DNA of 64,000 nt from Isurus oxyrinchus (taxonomy: Eukaryota), in NCBI GenBank assembly GCA_026770705.1, contig JANJGN010000153.1, forward strand, positions 1,116,001-1,180,000, given 5' to 3'. Shown here piece by piece: positions 1 through 12,961 of the stretch. Position 1 is the stretch's first letter. Every line of letters starts with the position of its first letter. Under the pieces are notes generated by a model. That model was not told the DNA's origin and ran no database searches. It was given only the letters and a program-made list of their open reading frames with translations. The position numbers were made by a program, and so were the translations under genes.

Positions 1-400
1 GTTAGGAATGACACCCCACTGACAAAGACATCCTGACTATCCCAGATCAAACCTTGCATCTCCAAGTTGAGATAGATTCTTTACTTTGGAATTTTCTCCA
101 TTAGTTTCCCTACCACTGACATGAGACCCACTGGTCTGTCATTCCCTTGCTTAACACTAAAACCCTTCTAAAATAGTGGAACCACATTAGCTGTTCTCTG
201 GTCCTCTGGCAACTTCACCGTGGCAATATAGGAATTCATAATTTCGTGAAGACCGCCTGCGATTTCTTCCATTGTCTCCCTCAGCAGCCTGGGACATAAG
301 AATCCGTACCTTGAGTTTTGCCCACTTTTAGGCTGGCCAACACCTCCAATATCTCGCCACTCCCTACATCAATTTGCTTAAGAAACTCGCAGTCTATCTC
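1..400 (-). mobile_element. CR1 LINE ORF2 (RT) fragment
   Basis: Minus-strand PRLLRETMEEIAG, PEDQRTANVVPLF, RPVGLMSVVGKLMEKI. Confidence 0.75.
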
Positions 401-434
401 CCCAAATCCCATATTTTCATGCTAATTCCGTGCT

Positions 435-1100
435 AATTCCAGAACTCTAGGCCGCGCAGCTGAAGGCACGGCGGCCAAAACTGGATCAATTATAAAAGGC
501 GATGCACTCGTACCCTCATTTATCGGAGTGCATGCAGAGATTTAGTGAATTCTGAAGCTGGAGGAAATTAAGGAGATAGAAAAATAATAAGGCCTTGGAG
601 GGATTTGAAAACAAGGCTGAGCGTTTTAAAATCCAGACATTTATTAACTGTGAACAAACATATGTCAATGAGCATAAAATTCTTAACGAATAATCTTAAT
701 GTTTGGACTCAGGATATGGACCACAAAAAATTTATGGCCTTTAATTTATGGAGGTCTGTATGTGTGGGACCAGCAAACAATCCGTGGGAATATTCAATTC
801 CAAATTTAAATATTGCCTGATTGAGGATTTCAACAACTGAAGACTCAACACCGGTAGTCAGGGGATGTTAAAGACTGGAACAGCTTATTCATAAGAATGA
901 CAAATTTATGTGGCAGGAGTCATATCTTGGAAGGAATTACTTCACCAACGCTGAAACCAGTGTCACTTCACTTCACACATACAATTGGGACAGGGCAGTC
1001 ATTGGAAGCAAGGCAATAAACTATAGTCCGTTCTTTGGAAATCATGGCTTAAGTCTTCCCAGTATTAAACTGGGGGCACATGACTTCACGTTCGCTATTT
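435..1100 (-). mobile_element. L2 LINE 3' ORF2 fragment, decayed
   Basis: Minus-strand DFKTLSLVFKSLQG and GRRAFSCAA..LWN, typical of the L2 C-terminus. The right boundary is approximate. Confidence 0.55.
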
Positions 1101-1959
1101 GATGTCACATAAACAAGCTGAAGCAAGCAATCAAGAGGAAACCTAGGGAGCGCAGGAATATGTTGGTGAGACAGAACTTGTTGCTATAAAGGTTTAAAAA
1201 AGTAACCCTGTATTGTTAGGTGATTTAGCCGTGAAGCTCCATGCAGATGAGAATTGGGAATAGGTGCTGGCAAGTGCAGTTCATTGCAGGAGAAGTAAAA
1301 GCTGAAGTTATTGGGATAACTTAAAGATAAGCAAAGTCCTTTGTTTTACAAAAAAACGCATCACTGAGATTAATAGAGTTTTTCTCAGGTTAAAAAATAT
1401 ATTGAGAGTTGCAGTGCTAATGAACTTTGGTGAAGTTAGGGTGCTCATCAGCAATGAGCCAATTTTGGAAACAAATATGAGGGGGCAAATTACCTCATCC
1501 TGTTCTTATGAATGGTTCTAGATATTGACTACTGCGAAATATACTGGCCTTCGAAAACATGAGCAAAGCACATGGGTACAGTATTAAACGGATTCATCAG
1601 TATCAGGACACCAAGGAGCAAGAGCAGTGCTTTCCCCACGTTACACTCAGTTGCTCAGAGAAACAATCAAATGAATGGAGCATATAAGCCCTTTATATGA
1701 ATTCAGGGAGTATTCTGTGTTTACCAATCAAACACAAACGGTGGGTAGTGGCACAATTTTTCCTTGGTGAATGTACAGTTCATTAACTAAGTCCAACAGC
1801 CACTGGAATCAAAGATTACACGAGTCGCCAAACCAAGTCGCTTATTCATAAACAAAAGCTCCAATTTGAGTCATGTTTCCACTGGAGGCCATTTAGAGAA
1901 TTACTGTCCATGATTAACGAAGGAAACATACAGCAGAGCAGGCAATTGTACAACAGTGC

Positions 1960-2900
1960 CTGTAACATCTCTCTGATAGAACTGTCCGATCACACCTCTT
2001 TCCAACCTGCTCGACATGTACCACCCGACAAACCATTCACCTTCAAGTATTTTTACAGTTAAACTTTTTTAAAGGTGTTATTGAATCTGCTTCCACCTCC
2101 CATTAAATCTGTGCATTTCCGGTTACAACAACTTGTGGATAAAAAGGAAACTATCCTTTTTTTATATACAAGTCATTTTACAATAATATCCAGGTCTTTC
2201 TACCTACTCTACCTGTATGCTACCTCTTACAATTCGTGTTCCAGAACATCTAAAGCCCTTCTGCTGCAACAGACAGAACTCTTTATTCACCTTTAAATCT
2301 TCAGCCTCTATTATCCCTACCAAAGTGACAATGTGACATTCACCTCTGTTCCCCTGCAACCTGATTTTTATTATTTTTGCACAAGCACTTAACATTTTTT
2401 GCAGACTCTTCGCAATGGATTCAAAATTGTTTTGGAATGCACGTTCAAATCGTCAGTAAAGTTCACCACACTTTTCTCTATTTCTTTATCCAAGTCAACA
2501 TTGTAAAGCGGTTTGGGTAAACATGAGGCCATTGGACTGACCCCTATAGCACCCTCACCCCTATAGATAAAGTTTGCCAGCTTTGCCTCAGGCCAGTTAT
2601 GTCGACTCTTTTCACTGTTAAGCCACCCAATAGACATGATGCAATGTTCCACTAAAACCATGACTATGTAGCATGTGTAATAACCTTTATTTTTCTTGAA
2701 AACGTATCAGATACGTTTTAGTAATTCGAATTAAACCTGCATCCAATAGTCCTTCTTTTCTCATCCTGCTTGTTACATCCTGAAACAACAGGAATAAATT
2801 TGTGCACGATTGTGATTTCAGAAAATCATGTTTACTCTGTCTCACTGGATCATGAATTCCTACATCTTCTGCGATCAGTTCCTTAAAAATGCCTTCCTGC
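1960..2900 (-). mobile_element. CR1 LINE RT and 3' fragment, decayed
   Basis: RQSKHDFLK.QSC.TNL..FQDVTSRM, YNVDLD, NFTDD; accounts for ORFs 2389-2661 and 2687-2977. Confidence 0.6.
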
Positions 2901-4435
2901 TGGTGGTTAGAAGAAGAGAACAAACAGAAAAAGAATTCATCAGCCGCGGTAACTTGCTCAATCTCGTCGCGGAACAATTTCTGTGGGTACTATAAGTGGA
3001 CACCTTGCACTGAGAGAATAAAATGAAACGAAAAAAAGTCAAGATTAATGTTTAATTAACTGTAAATGTAACAAATAATATTTTATTTTAAAAGAACGTT
3101 AACGCTTAAGACATTTAGAACTTAATCAGTCGCAAAAATCATGAGTTCAGTAAATATTTTGTATATGTCTTTTCGGCTGTGCAGACCTCCGGACCAGTTT
3201 TCCAGCGGACAGTTAAATGTTAATTGCATTGTTGTGGGCCCTGTGTTATATGCCATCTAGTCCTGTTAAAGTCTTCCATAACAATCGCCAGGGAACTAGA
3301 TGGATTTAAATAATTCATGATTACTTTTTTAAAAAAAGAATTAACTTGCTACTTATTCCAGATATGTAACGTTAAAAACAAAGGCAGGTGGATTTTTCGG
3401 ATTCATTTCCTTTGTATTTCCACGTTGGACTCATCCAGGCCTGTGAAGGACACAATTCCATAACGTTCTGCGCAACGTCTATGGTCAGTGTTACTATTTA
3501 GGCAGTTTCAATGTGTAACTTTACCAGGTAGGTACATATTTATTAACTTTGTAAGATTGAACAAACTGGTATACAATTACGATCAGGATTTCTGTTTGTC
3601 CCCAAATGTAACTGAGTCTCGACTGGTTTAATTGTACTTTGCCCTCGTCATTCATCGTTGGTGACCATCACTGCCATGATCTGCTTTTGTTGCTGATCTA
3701 TAATTTTACCAGAGATTTGGGTGCTGAGCAGTCCCTCGGTTCAAGCTGGGTAGGCAGTTCCATTTCACCCTTATTCCACTTATCTGCAGCGTGTTTATAA
3801 AGCTGATTATTTGCTCGGCCATTTCAAAGGGCAGTTAAGAGTCAACCACATTACTCTGAGATTGGAATCACTTGTAGGCGAACAGTGTGAAGGCGAAATA
3901 TTTCTTCCCCTAAATGACATTATAGAACTGGATTTTTAAAGACAATCCAATAGATCCATTGTCACAATTGGTGGGAATATTATGCGAGGATTTATTTCCT
4001 GATTTCATAATTTTGGAAGCTTTCTGTGCTTATAAAAACTCTAATGTTTCTGAGAGTGTTCAAAAGTGTGAGTTCTCTCTGGGTCAACTCCAACGCTTCA
4101 GTTATGAATAGTTACATGAATTTCACTGCCTGGAGAACGGTAAGCCTGACACCATGCATCAGCTCCCTGTGCCTGCATACATTTCTGTGTTATGCACTCC
4201 AACCAGAGCCATAAGGCATCCCAATGTTTTCCACTTCTCTGTGTTTACAAACAGATCAGTTCCCTGCGTTAGAATTTGCTTTATCCAGTTTTTTTTGAAC
4301 TGACTACCATGTCCAGGTAACTTTCCCCTTTTTAATGCTCCAATCCCGGGAATACTGCGCAGGATAGATGGATGAGGTGGATTCGGCAACATGGAAAAAA
4401 TGTGAAGACGATGTTATTTCAGGGAAAACAAACGA

Positions 4436-4530
4436 GATAAGAGGAGAGAGAGAGATAAATGAACGCAAGAGAGAGATGAGAGGTCTGTGTGTGTGCGAGA
4501 GAGAAAGAAAGAGAGGCCGAGAGAGAGAAG
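4436..4530. repeat. Imperfect (GA)n/(GT)n microsatellite
   Basis: Directly visible. Confidence 0.7.
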
Positions 4531-5299
4531 CTGCTGATTTTTTAACAGACTGTAACTAAACTCATTAAGTCTCTGCTCGGCAAACATCTGAAGAGTTATT
4601 CCACCGCTTTGTAGCCACAGGTTCAAATCCCTCTCCTGCCCTTTCCATTTCACTCTCCTTTCACTGAGGGTATGTGTCGGCTGCAGTAAAAATAATAATG
4701 GAAGCAATACTGTCTACATAAATCCGTCCCCTCCTGGGTTTTTGATGCAGATTAATGTTCCCTTCCTCGCTCCTCCTCGCCCTATCACTTTGATCAGAGC
4801 AACAAGATTAAAACAATAAATAGGCTTAGAGAAAAATAAGCAGAGGGTAAAAAGCATCTGCTGATATAAAGCGCATCCTGTCAGTTTCCCTGGGGGAGGG
4901 GAAAGGGTGAAATAATCACTGTTACCACTAAAAGCTAAATAAAGCTTCAGCCCACAAAGGTGTTCACGTTAAACAAGATCGATGTAATAATGCACATTTT
5001 TTTTTACTTTTAAAGCAAAACCAAGCAAATTATTTCGGAAAGCTGTTTTTTTCTGTGTGTTTAGTGATCTATCCCATGTCTATTATCTCTGAAAGGCGAG
5101 CGTTCTTTTTAGAAAAACATAGTGTTCTAATTCGGACTTTCTGTACTTTGCACACTCACCTCGATCTGAGAACCTGTGACACCTCCAGTTCTTGCTTCAT
5201 TAAATGTCAATAATATTTGTGCTAATAAGCAGGAGGCGAGGGACATCTTCTAATCATTCCCTCCTTGGTCAGTTGCAAACAAAAAGTCACAATGACATC

Positions 5300-5570
5300 T
5301 GTGATGTCTCTTCATGGCTTTCCCTCCCCTATCGCTGTAATTTCTTCCTCCCTCACAAGTTACCGTGATAACTGTGGTCATCTAATTCTGGCTGCGTGAA
5401 CCTTCCCAACTGTGATTTTTCCACCACTGCTGAACTTGCCGTCAGTTGGTTACAGTCCATGCTTTGGAATCCCTCCCAGCACCGCTCCAGACCTCGGCCC
5501 GCCTTCCTCCTTTAAGATAATTCTTAAGGCCAACCACTTTGAAGAATACTTTGAACAGTTGTCAAGTTCT
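5300..5570 (+). mobile_element. L2 LINE 3' end
   Basis: SNSG..., LWNPS, SSFKIILKANHF pattern of the L2 ORF2 end. Confidence 0.5.
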
Positions 5571-6239
5571 GTTCTGTGGAGCTAAGCTGAAGCAACTTGG
5601 GCCATGGGATTGTGCTAAATGTGCCCTATGTATATGTCACTTTGTCATATAATGCTCTGTGCAGCATCTTTGGTTGTTTTACTATGTTTATATTCAATAC
5701 TAATGCGTGAGGGCTTCCATTGCTGCATTTCAGACTCTGTGTCATGTTACATGTGTGGTTGTCAGGATTACTGAATGAATCCCGTAATCCCCTGCCTCCA
5801 TCACTCATCGACAATGTGACAGGAGGTCTTGTGCCAATCTTGACAGAACTAAAACCATCATGGGTCCTGAGATCTCCCTGCTCCATGTTTGGTGCTCAGT
5901 GGGAATTATTTTGGCGGATTTCCATAAACAGTGAAACAGATGTTGCAGTTTCCTGAACACTTAGAGATTAAATAATAATCAAGGAGGTTTATAAAGTAAT
6001 TTCTCAGTTGAACTTAGCAAAATGCTGAAATGCAGAAACAATAACGATTAATATAGATATTTGACTGACTATTTAAGACGCTGAACTATCTTTATGAGAG
6101 AGATAGAATGAGAGGGAGCGAGAGAGAGAGAGGGAGAAAGGATTTACGATGTCTGTCACCCGACATGAACCTCCCCTCCCCCGAAAATCGGTTCATAGCC
6201 CTCCCTCCAGAGAGAAAATTGGTAATTCCCGATCGTCCG

Positions 6240-7320
6240 ATGTAAATCTCATACTTCCCCATTGTGGCCGGAATATATACCCCCCTCGCGGCTTTCATCG
6301 GATACGATCATCTAATAGAACCTCTAAAGTTGCTCCTCCCCCGGTGATCATGGTATATATCTACTCCTCCCCGCTTTTCCTGTAATATATCACCCAAGCC
6401 CCCAGTTGCAGCTGATAAACATCCTCCTCGCTGATTTACCTGCCATATTTCACCCATTCCCGAGTCAAGCCGAACAAATTACTCCCCGTCCATTGGAGTT
6501 AGCAAAACCCCACACTCCCCCACTCCCAGCCCCCGCAGCATACCTGGTATGCATCGCCTCATTCCCTGGAAAATCTTGTTTTTCGTTTCCTGCCCTGCAG
6601 CACGTATTATATATTTACCCCTCTGCCAGTTTACCTTTTATATCAACCTCATCTTCATTTGCTTCACTTATAGCTTTTTCCGCCACTTTGTGCACAAAAA
6701 AACGCCAGGCCCCGTGCCTAGTTTATCTCTCAATCTGTTCGGCAACCAGACTGGACCCACTGTACAGGAATATCTCCACATCCCTTTGTGTACTTTATAC
6801 CTCTCCCAGTGTACTTGGCTCTCCTCCCTATCCACACCTGAACCAATTCCTGGCACACCAACCTCCTCTCCTGGTGCTGCTGGTATATATCACGCTCCAC
6901 TGATTGTTCTCCAGTACCTCCTTCCTCAACTTCCATGTACTTTATATATCGCCCCAGCTCGCCAGGTTATGTGGCATATCAGTCCCTCTATATGTAGAAC
7001 TTCCTTATTTTGAGCATTCAAAGCAGCATAACTTGTATCTCATTCACCCCAACCTCGCTCCATTTGTGCATCACCACAATTCAACAAAGGCTTTCCCTCC
7101 ACCATTTTCCCTGCTATCTCATTCCCCAGTGAACCTGGCATGCCTCCCTAGACAAGATTCACATCTTTTGTATCCGCACTTTTCCACTCTACATTAGAAA
7201 TCGAAACCCTACTCTGGTCTATCAGGTATATCAGCCATCAGCCAGGTAAACATGAGGTATAATCCTATATTTGCTTGTCAACCTGATATATAACATCTGC
7301 ACCATTATACCATTACCACC
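6240..7320. repeat. Decayed ~30-bp minisatellite
   Basis: Recurring tggtatatatc-C-rich unit in 30-bp register at 6351, 6381, 6411, 6441 and again at 6881, 6941, 6971; strongly C/T-skewed. Confidence 0.55.
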
Positions 7321-7786
7321 CCCATGCTCATCGCTTGTTCCTGCTACATCAAATCCACCATTGTCGTCAATGTACGTTTTTCACATCCTGCAATGTACTT
7401 GGCGCAATACTCAACCACCCGAAACCCGGTGCGCCCGTTAGTCATGGAGACAGCTTGTGGGCAGGCAGGTGTTGTTGCAATGGGGCAGCAGGTTTGTGGC
7501 GGCCAGTGATGTTCACGAATCAGCCAGGGTTTTCGAAGCAAAAGGACACGTTAATGTTTGGTCACTGTAGTGCAGGTGTTGCCACCTGCTCTGTCATCAT
7601 AGTTACTAGACCAGATCCTCATCTGGTCTGCAAAAAGACTGTCCCGCTCCACTCTATCACCATTGCGAGGCAACAAACACCCAGTGCATCATCATTGTGA
7701 CAGGCGCCTCCGATGATCTTTTCCGAAAGTGCAAGAGCAAATTCCAAGCGAAAATATGGAATAAACTCAGAAAATCCTGGAAGCGC

Positions 7787-8703
7787 TCAGTGAGTAAGTT
7801 CTGTGCAGTGTGCTGTTCTGTTCAATTGTTTAGTGAACTGAACAATTAGAGGAAAGGGATGTTTGAATACATTCTTGACTGGGCTCTGAACCTGGTGATG
7901 GCAAGTTTCCGTGCAGCAACTAAGATGCTGCAGCATTAACACCAATTCCAGCACAAGCACATCTGTCATTAGAGATCGATACCCCAAATATTACATCCAG
8001 TCTATATAGAATAAAGCATTAACACTGACCATAACAAGATGGGATTCGCTGAAATTGCAAAGTATATAATAATGGTTTTCTTTCGACTTTACATTCCTGG
8101 GTCTCTGGGGATCTTCCCAGTGTTGTGAGGCCTGAGTCTCTTCCTGGCTCAGCTGCTCACTAAAATGTGTCTGACCGTGTATACAATGACCACCAGAATC
8201 AGGATAAATGGTACTACTGGATTTCGAATTTCATGTGTGAACACCATTGCTGCCCAGATCTGAGACAACCAAGAACCCCCGCATACCTAACAAAACCAGG
8301 GGACGTTCCTCAGCACAGGCCTGTTACCATAAAATACCACAACATATTCTTTGTGCAGCTCAGACCAGTCACTGTTCCCAGGGCGACAGTCGCAGTTTTT
8401 CTGGTGCGATATTTACATTTAAGTTTCCGGCAACAGATGGCTGTAAATCGATTAAAAGTGAACGTTACAGTGAACCAGACAGAACAGTTAGTGGCTGCAT
8501 AACTCAGAACGGTATGGACATTACACACAGTAATGAACTTCAGGAAATGAAGCTGCTTCTGGAAAACAATTGGAATGTGTGGTAATATCATGTCGAGGAT
8601 GATGACGAGTCGATGCACCCCTGTCATGGCCACCAGGTAGCGAGTGATACATTTCGATAGCCCCGACTTACGCCGCGACAGAATTCCGTCGTCACCAATT
8701 TAG
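7787..8703 (-). pseudogene. GPR139-like pseudogene A (exon 2, different subfamily from genes 1/2)
   Basis: Acceptor ctctgccttgcAG, then ILSRRKSGLSKCITRYLVAM, AATNCSVWFTVTFTFNRFTAICC, VVPFILILVV, HILVSS*ARKRLR, DPGM*SRKKTII, LSCCTET. Contains a frameshift, stops and deletions. Confidence 0.88.
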
Positions 8704-8949
8704 CTGCAAGGCAGAGAAACGGCAGAACAATTATAATTAGACAAGAAGCAAAGTTACCAGTTTGCTTGATGACTTCATTATGATTTCCAAATGTGCTATT
8801 ATATCTAGTAATACATTGGCAAATCATAAATAAATGTATCTGTTCCAACTTTATGTTTCTTAGGTAGCGATAACCTGACTATGAAATCGATTGGAAAACG
8901 GAAAATAATATTGAGGTGCAATACAAAATGTGTAGTCACAGGTTTTTGG

Positions 8950-10420
8950 GCGAATTGATAAATGCCAGCATTCCGCTGACAATTCATTTCCTGGCCACCT
9001 CAAAAGGGCAGCCTGGATGTGGGAACATAGTCATGGCAGAGTGGAGCAAGTCCAGCAGTGAAAGAACGGTACATTCTCGCCTTGATCCCAAAGACGGTCA
9101 CTCTCACTCTCACCTCAAGAGTTTACCTCATTTGCGCATATGTTCCCCCGGGTTTGAAACTAGGTCAGGAGCTGAGGGATTCTTGCAGATTCCAAACTGA
9201 GCATCAGCGAACAATTTATTGCTGAATTAATGTCAATTGGTAGCATTGTCAACTGCCTCCACCAGCATTTCCTTCAGATGATCGAGAGTACATTAATGGG
9301 GTCGCATTTTGTCGACTTGGATGGTTTTCTAAATTAGTGGACAGAACAAACCAGAGCACTTGTCTACATTTCCAGGTAAATTCGAGTGTTTTAGCCGCTG
9401 GGAAGCTAACGTCCTCGGTAATATGCCAGAGGTTTTTCAGGGTCCTTACTCTTAGGAGTATCCAGTGCCTTCAGCATTCTCTTGATAGCACGTAGAGTGA
9501 TTTTATCTGGCTGAAGACTGGCATTTGTGATACTGTGGACAAAACGTGTTGCCTATTTGGATCATCCATGCGCGCCCTATGGTTGGAATTTTTGCAAATA
9601 TTTCTGCCATGTCATATGCGGTCATGTGTTCAGCTCCCCCATTAATGAGGTTGGGAATGTTTGTGCAACCTCCACCTTCAGTTCGCTGTGTTTTTATTCA
9701 TACTCATTCATGTGGAAGAACTGATGATTTAACATCTGGTCCGTTTATTTTGGGATCATTTTGGTCTGCATATCACATGTTTCTTTGGATGTATGTAAAT
9801 TAAGTTTCAATTTGTTGCAGCTTTGCAGCGTATTTTTGAAAGTATTTCAATTCACTTTAAGGAATGTCTGGCAGTGTTCCCAAATGCCAGCACCCCACAT
9901 CACACCCTCACCCCTCACCGCCAACGCTCTTCTGATAACCAGTGTTTAGCTACAGTTTGATATTAATTGCAACGTGAGGTATATGCAGAGTCAAGGGGTT
10001 ACAGTTTGTGGTTATATACAATGCTGCTGCCGTTGTTCTCCCATGGCGAATAATGGATGCCCATTTTCCAGTTGGTAGAGTAGTATAACTATTCCATTTA
10101 ACACGCTCATAGAGTCACGTTATAGGATGGAGGATATCTCAGTGTGAGCATGGGAGTTAGTCCCCAATACAATTGTGAGGTGCTAACTCTTACTTATGCT
10201 TTCATGTTTACATGCATCTAAAACAGAAAAATTGGTGAGGAGAAGGTAACGTAGATTTGTGTTCCTTTTTGCTGGTTCCCACACCAACTGCTACTGAGCC
10301 AGTCCAGCAGCAAAGTGATTTATGAGCCGGCCAGTTTGGAAAGTAATAGTGCGACTGAGTCACGCTTGATGAAGTGCATTGAAGTTCCTCAAGCAGATTG
10401 CAGATCGTGTCCTTGACATC
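8950..10420 (-). mobile_element. Decayed CR1/L2-group LINE ORF2 fragment (copy at ~30700-32040)
   Basis: Minus-strand remnants such as SITNASLQP and VRVTVFGIKA. Confidence 0.55.
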
Positions 10421-10879
10421 CTCAAAGCTTCTTCCAATTGGTCCTGAACTTGATGGAGCTCTGACTCTTCAGGTAAACAGAGAACGTTTCAGGTTCTATT
10501 AATTTTCTCATTTTTTTCTGCCTTTTTTTCCAGATCCGAGCGATATTTCCTCTGTTTCTATCTCTCATTGCACGTGGTAGCCATTGGATTCGAAATACGA
10601 ATAGCGTCACTCATCTACCTCAGTTAGACAGACTCCTCCAATCTTACCCAGAAAGGAAAGGTCGCCACATTCAAAAGTCAGCACAGCACTTCCCACATCA
10701 CCCCCCCTCCCCCCACCGCCAAAGTGCGGTGCCAGTCGCCTTCGCCACGATGAGCCATACCCTCAGCATGGCTGTGTCCACCACATTCAGATATCGAAGC
10801 TTGTCCCCCTGCTCACCCTATTCAGCCACATTCTTTCTAACAGTGTCATTCTGCTTCCATTACCCCTCTCTACCCCATC

Positions 10880-11500
10880 AGCCAACATGTATTATTTTAC
10901 CCTGCAATGCATCTAATTGCATCTGCTAATTCCCTGCCAATTCTGCTTGTTTCTCCGTGTCCACTTGCAATAGATTCGTATCATCCTCACTGGTTAACAC
11001 CCAGCCCACTTTGTGTGTATAATTCACACGTTTTGAGACGTTGTGCTGTATTCTAAGATCCAACTGGTTTATTGACAGCAAAACGAACACCAGCCCAACA
11101 CAGTTTCTTGGGGAAAACCAGTGGCTAACTTCATCCAGACTGAAACAAAACGATTACCAACAGTTTATGTTTTCGGTGTGTTACCGAAATGTATCCAATT
11201 GGATAGAGACACCCCGCTTCTGCCCTCTTTCATGAGCCAAAATTTTCTTACCAGCTCTATCTGTAGTAGGTTGTCAATTAATACCTCAAAATCCAGTTAG
11301 CCAACCACTCCTGTATTGTCATCCTTAATTTTCCTACTTGTGACATTAGATTGCAAACTATGTTGTTCCAGGATGCACTTAGTCAAAGGGATGCCTTTTA
11401 CAAATCCGTAATCATTCTCAATTAATCTCAGCTGTCTCCAATTCCGGGCTGGACGCTTGGCTATAAAGTCATATTTAGTTATATTCTTGGTACTGCAGCT
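10880..11500 (-). mobile_element. Decayed CR1 RT fragment (copies ~32620-33230 and inverted ~61130-61720)
   Basis: LIENDYGFVKG..LTK, LDFE motif remnants. Confidence 0.55.
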
Positions 11501-11939
11501 GAACAGTGAGAGCACTGAATTATAGAGAGATGGAGGCTGAGCGGCAACAGGTGGTATTTTTAAAAAGAGCGGTGGGTTGAGACATCGGGACTTAAATTGA
11601 GCGGGAGCTGGGCTGTGAGAGGAGAGATTTAAAAAGAGCGGTATCTGAGCTGTCAGAGGAGAGAAGTAGAAAGATCGGGAGCGAGATAATCAAATCACAG
11701 ACTGAAAGGTAACTGGGGCTGTTCCCCCAGAGCAGAGATTTAATAAAAGAACGGGAGCTATGTAGCTAGAGCAGAGTGTCAGAGGAAGCTGGGACATTGA
11801 TGTGACTGTGGTAGAGCATGGTTCTCAGAGTGGAGAATAGGAAAGCGCAGAAGTTGTGCAGCCACAGTCATCTGCTTTATTATTCATATACGTTATTTTG
11901 GCTTCAATCGCTGGCACATCATTTCTTGCCGATAAATCG

Positions 11940-12845
11940 TTACGCTTGTGAAGATGGCGATGAGCTGCTTCATGAACCACAGCAGTCCCTGGTGTGCCCG
12001 TACACCCACAGTGCTGATAGGGATGGATTTCCAGGATTTTGACATATGATATTGAAGGCACAGCGATATATTTCCAAATCAGAGTTGCGAATAGCTTGAG
12101 GGTGATCTTCCAGGTATTGGTGTTCCCGGTAACCTGCTGCCCCGTATCCTGCTAGGTGGTACCGGTTGTGAGTTTGGAAAGTGCTGCCTAAGGAGCCTTC
12201 GTGTATCCCTGAATTGCTTCTTATAGATGGCACGGACTGCTGCCATTGTTCATCGGCGGTGGAGGAACAAAATGTGTGTTGGTGTAGTGTCCATCAAGCG
12301 GCTGCTTTGTCCTTGATGCTGTCAAGCTTCTTGGGTTTTGTTAGAGCTGCACGTATTTAGGCAAGTGGAGAATATAGCATCACAATCCTTTCTTTTCCCT
12401 TGAAGATTGTGGATAGGATTTCGGGAACCAGGAAGTGTGTTACTTGCCGCCTCTGAAGTGGATTATTAGACATCGTGTTTAGATGCCTAATCCAGTTCAC
12501 TTTCCGGTCAGTGATAACAGTTACAATGCTGATCGTGGGGCATTTGTCAATGCCATTGAGCGAAAACAGGTATTGTTTAGATTAACTCTTTTGGAGACGG
12601 TCATTGCCTGGCACTTGTCTGGTGTGAACGTTGTTTGCCAATTGTAAGCCAAAGACAGTACATTGTCCAGAATATGCTTCATTTGCCTATGGGCTGCCTC
12701 ATTATCTCAGGAATCTGGAAATGTGTTGAGCATTATGCATCATCAGCGAACATCCCCATTCCTGACTTTGCAATGGAGTGCTGATCCTTGATGATGGAGC
12801 TAAACATGGTTGGGCCTCGGTCACAATCCTGAGGAACTCAGGTTC
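11940..12845 (-). mobile_element. CR1/L2-group LINE RT-to-3' end (copies ~33650-34585 and + strand ~59740-60660)
   Basis: PQDC..GPTMFSSIIKD, GMFADD, LGILRRITHLLVPQILCTIFKA in the paralogue; tail ending in aagggcaa/gggcaataaatgctg. Confidence 0.7.
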
Positions 12846-12961
12846 CCCAAGGAACTAAAAGGACTGGGAGCTCAGCAGCTACGGTTGATAATTAGAAAGT
12901 GGCGGTGCAAAACAGTCAGAGCAACTATTTGGAAAAGAGTGCTAGCCTAGCTGTCGGTGTG

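Noticed and set aside
6406-7013. Overlapping 165-aa and 154-aa ORFs
   Set aside because: Low-complexity products of the decayed minisatellite; no domain motifs.
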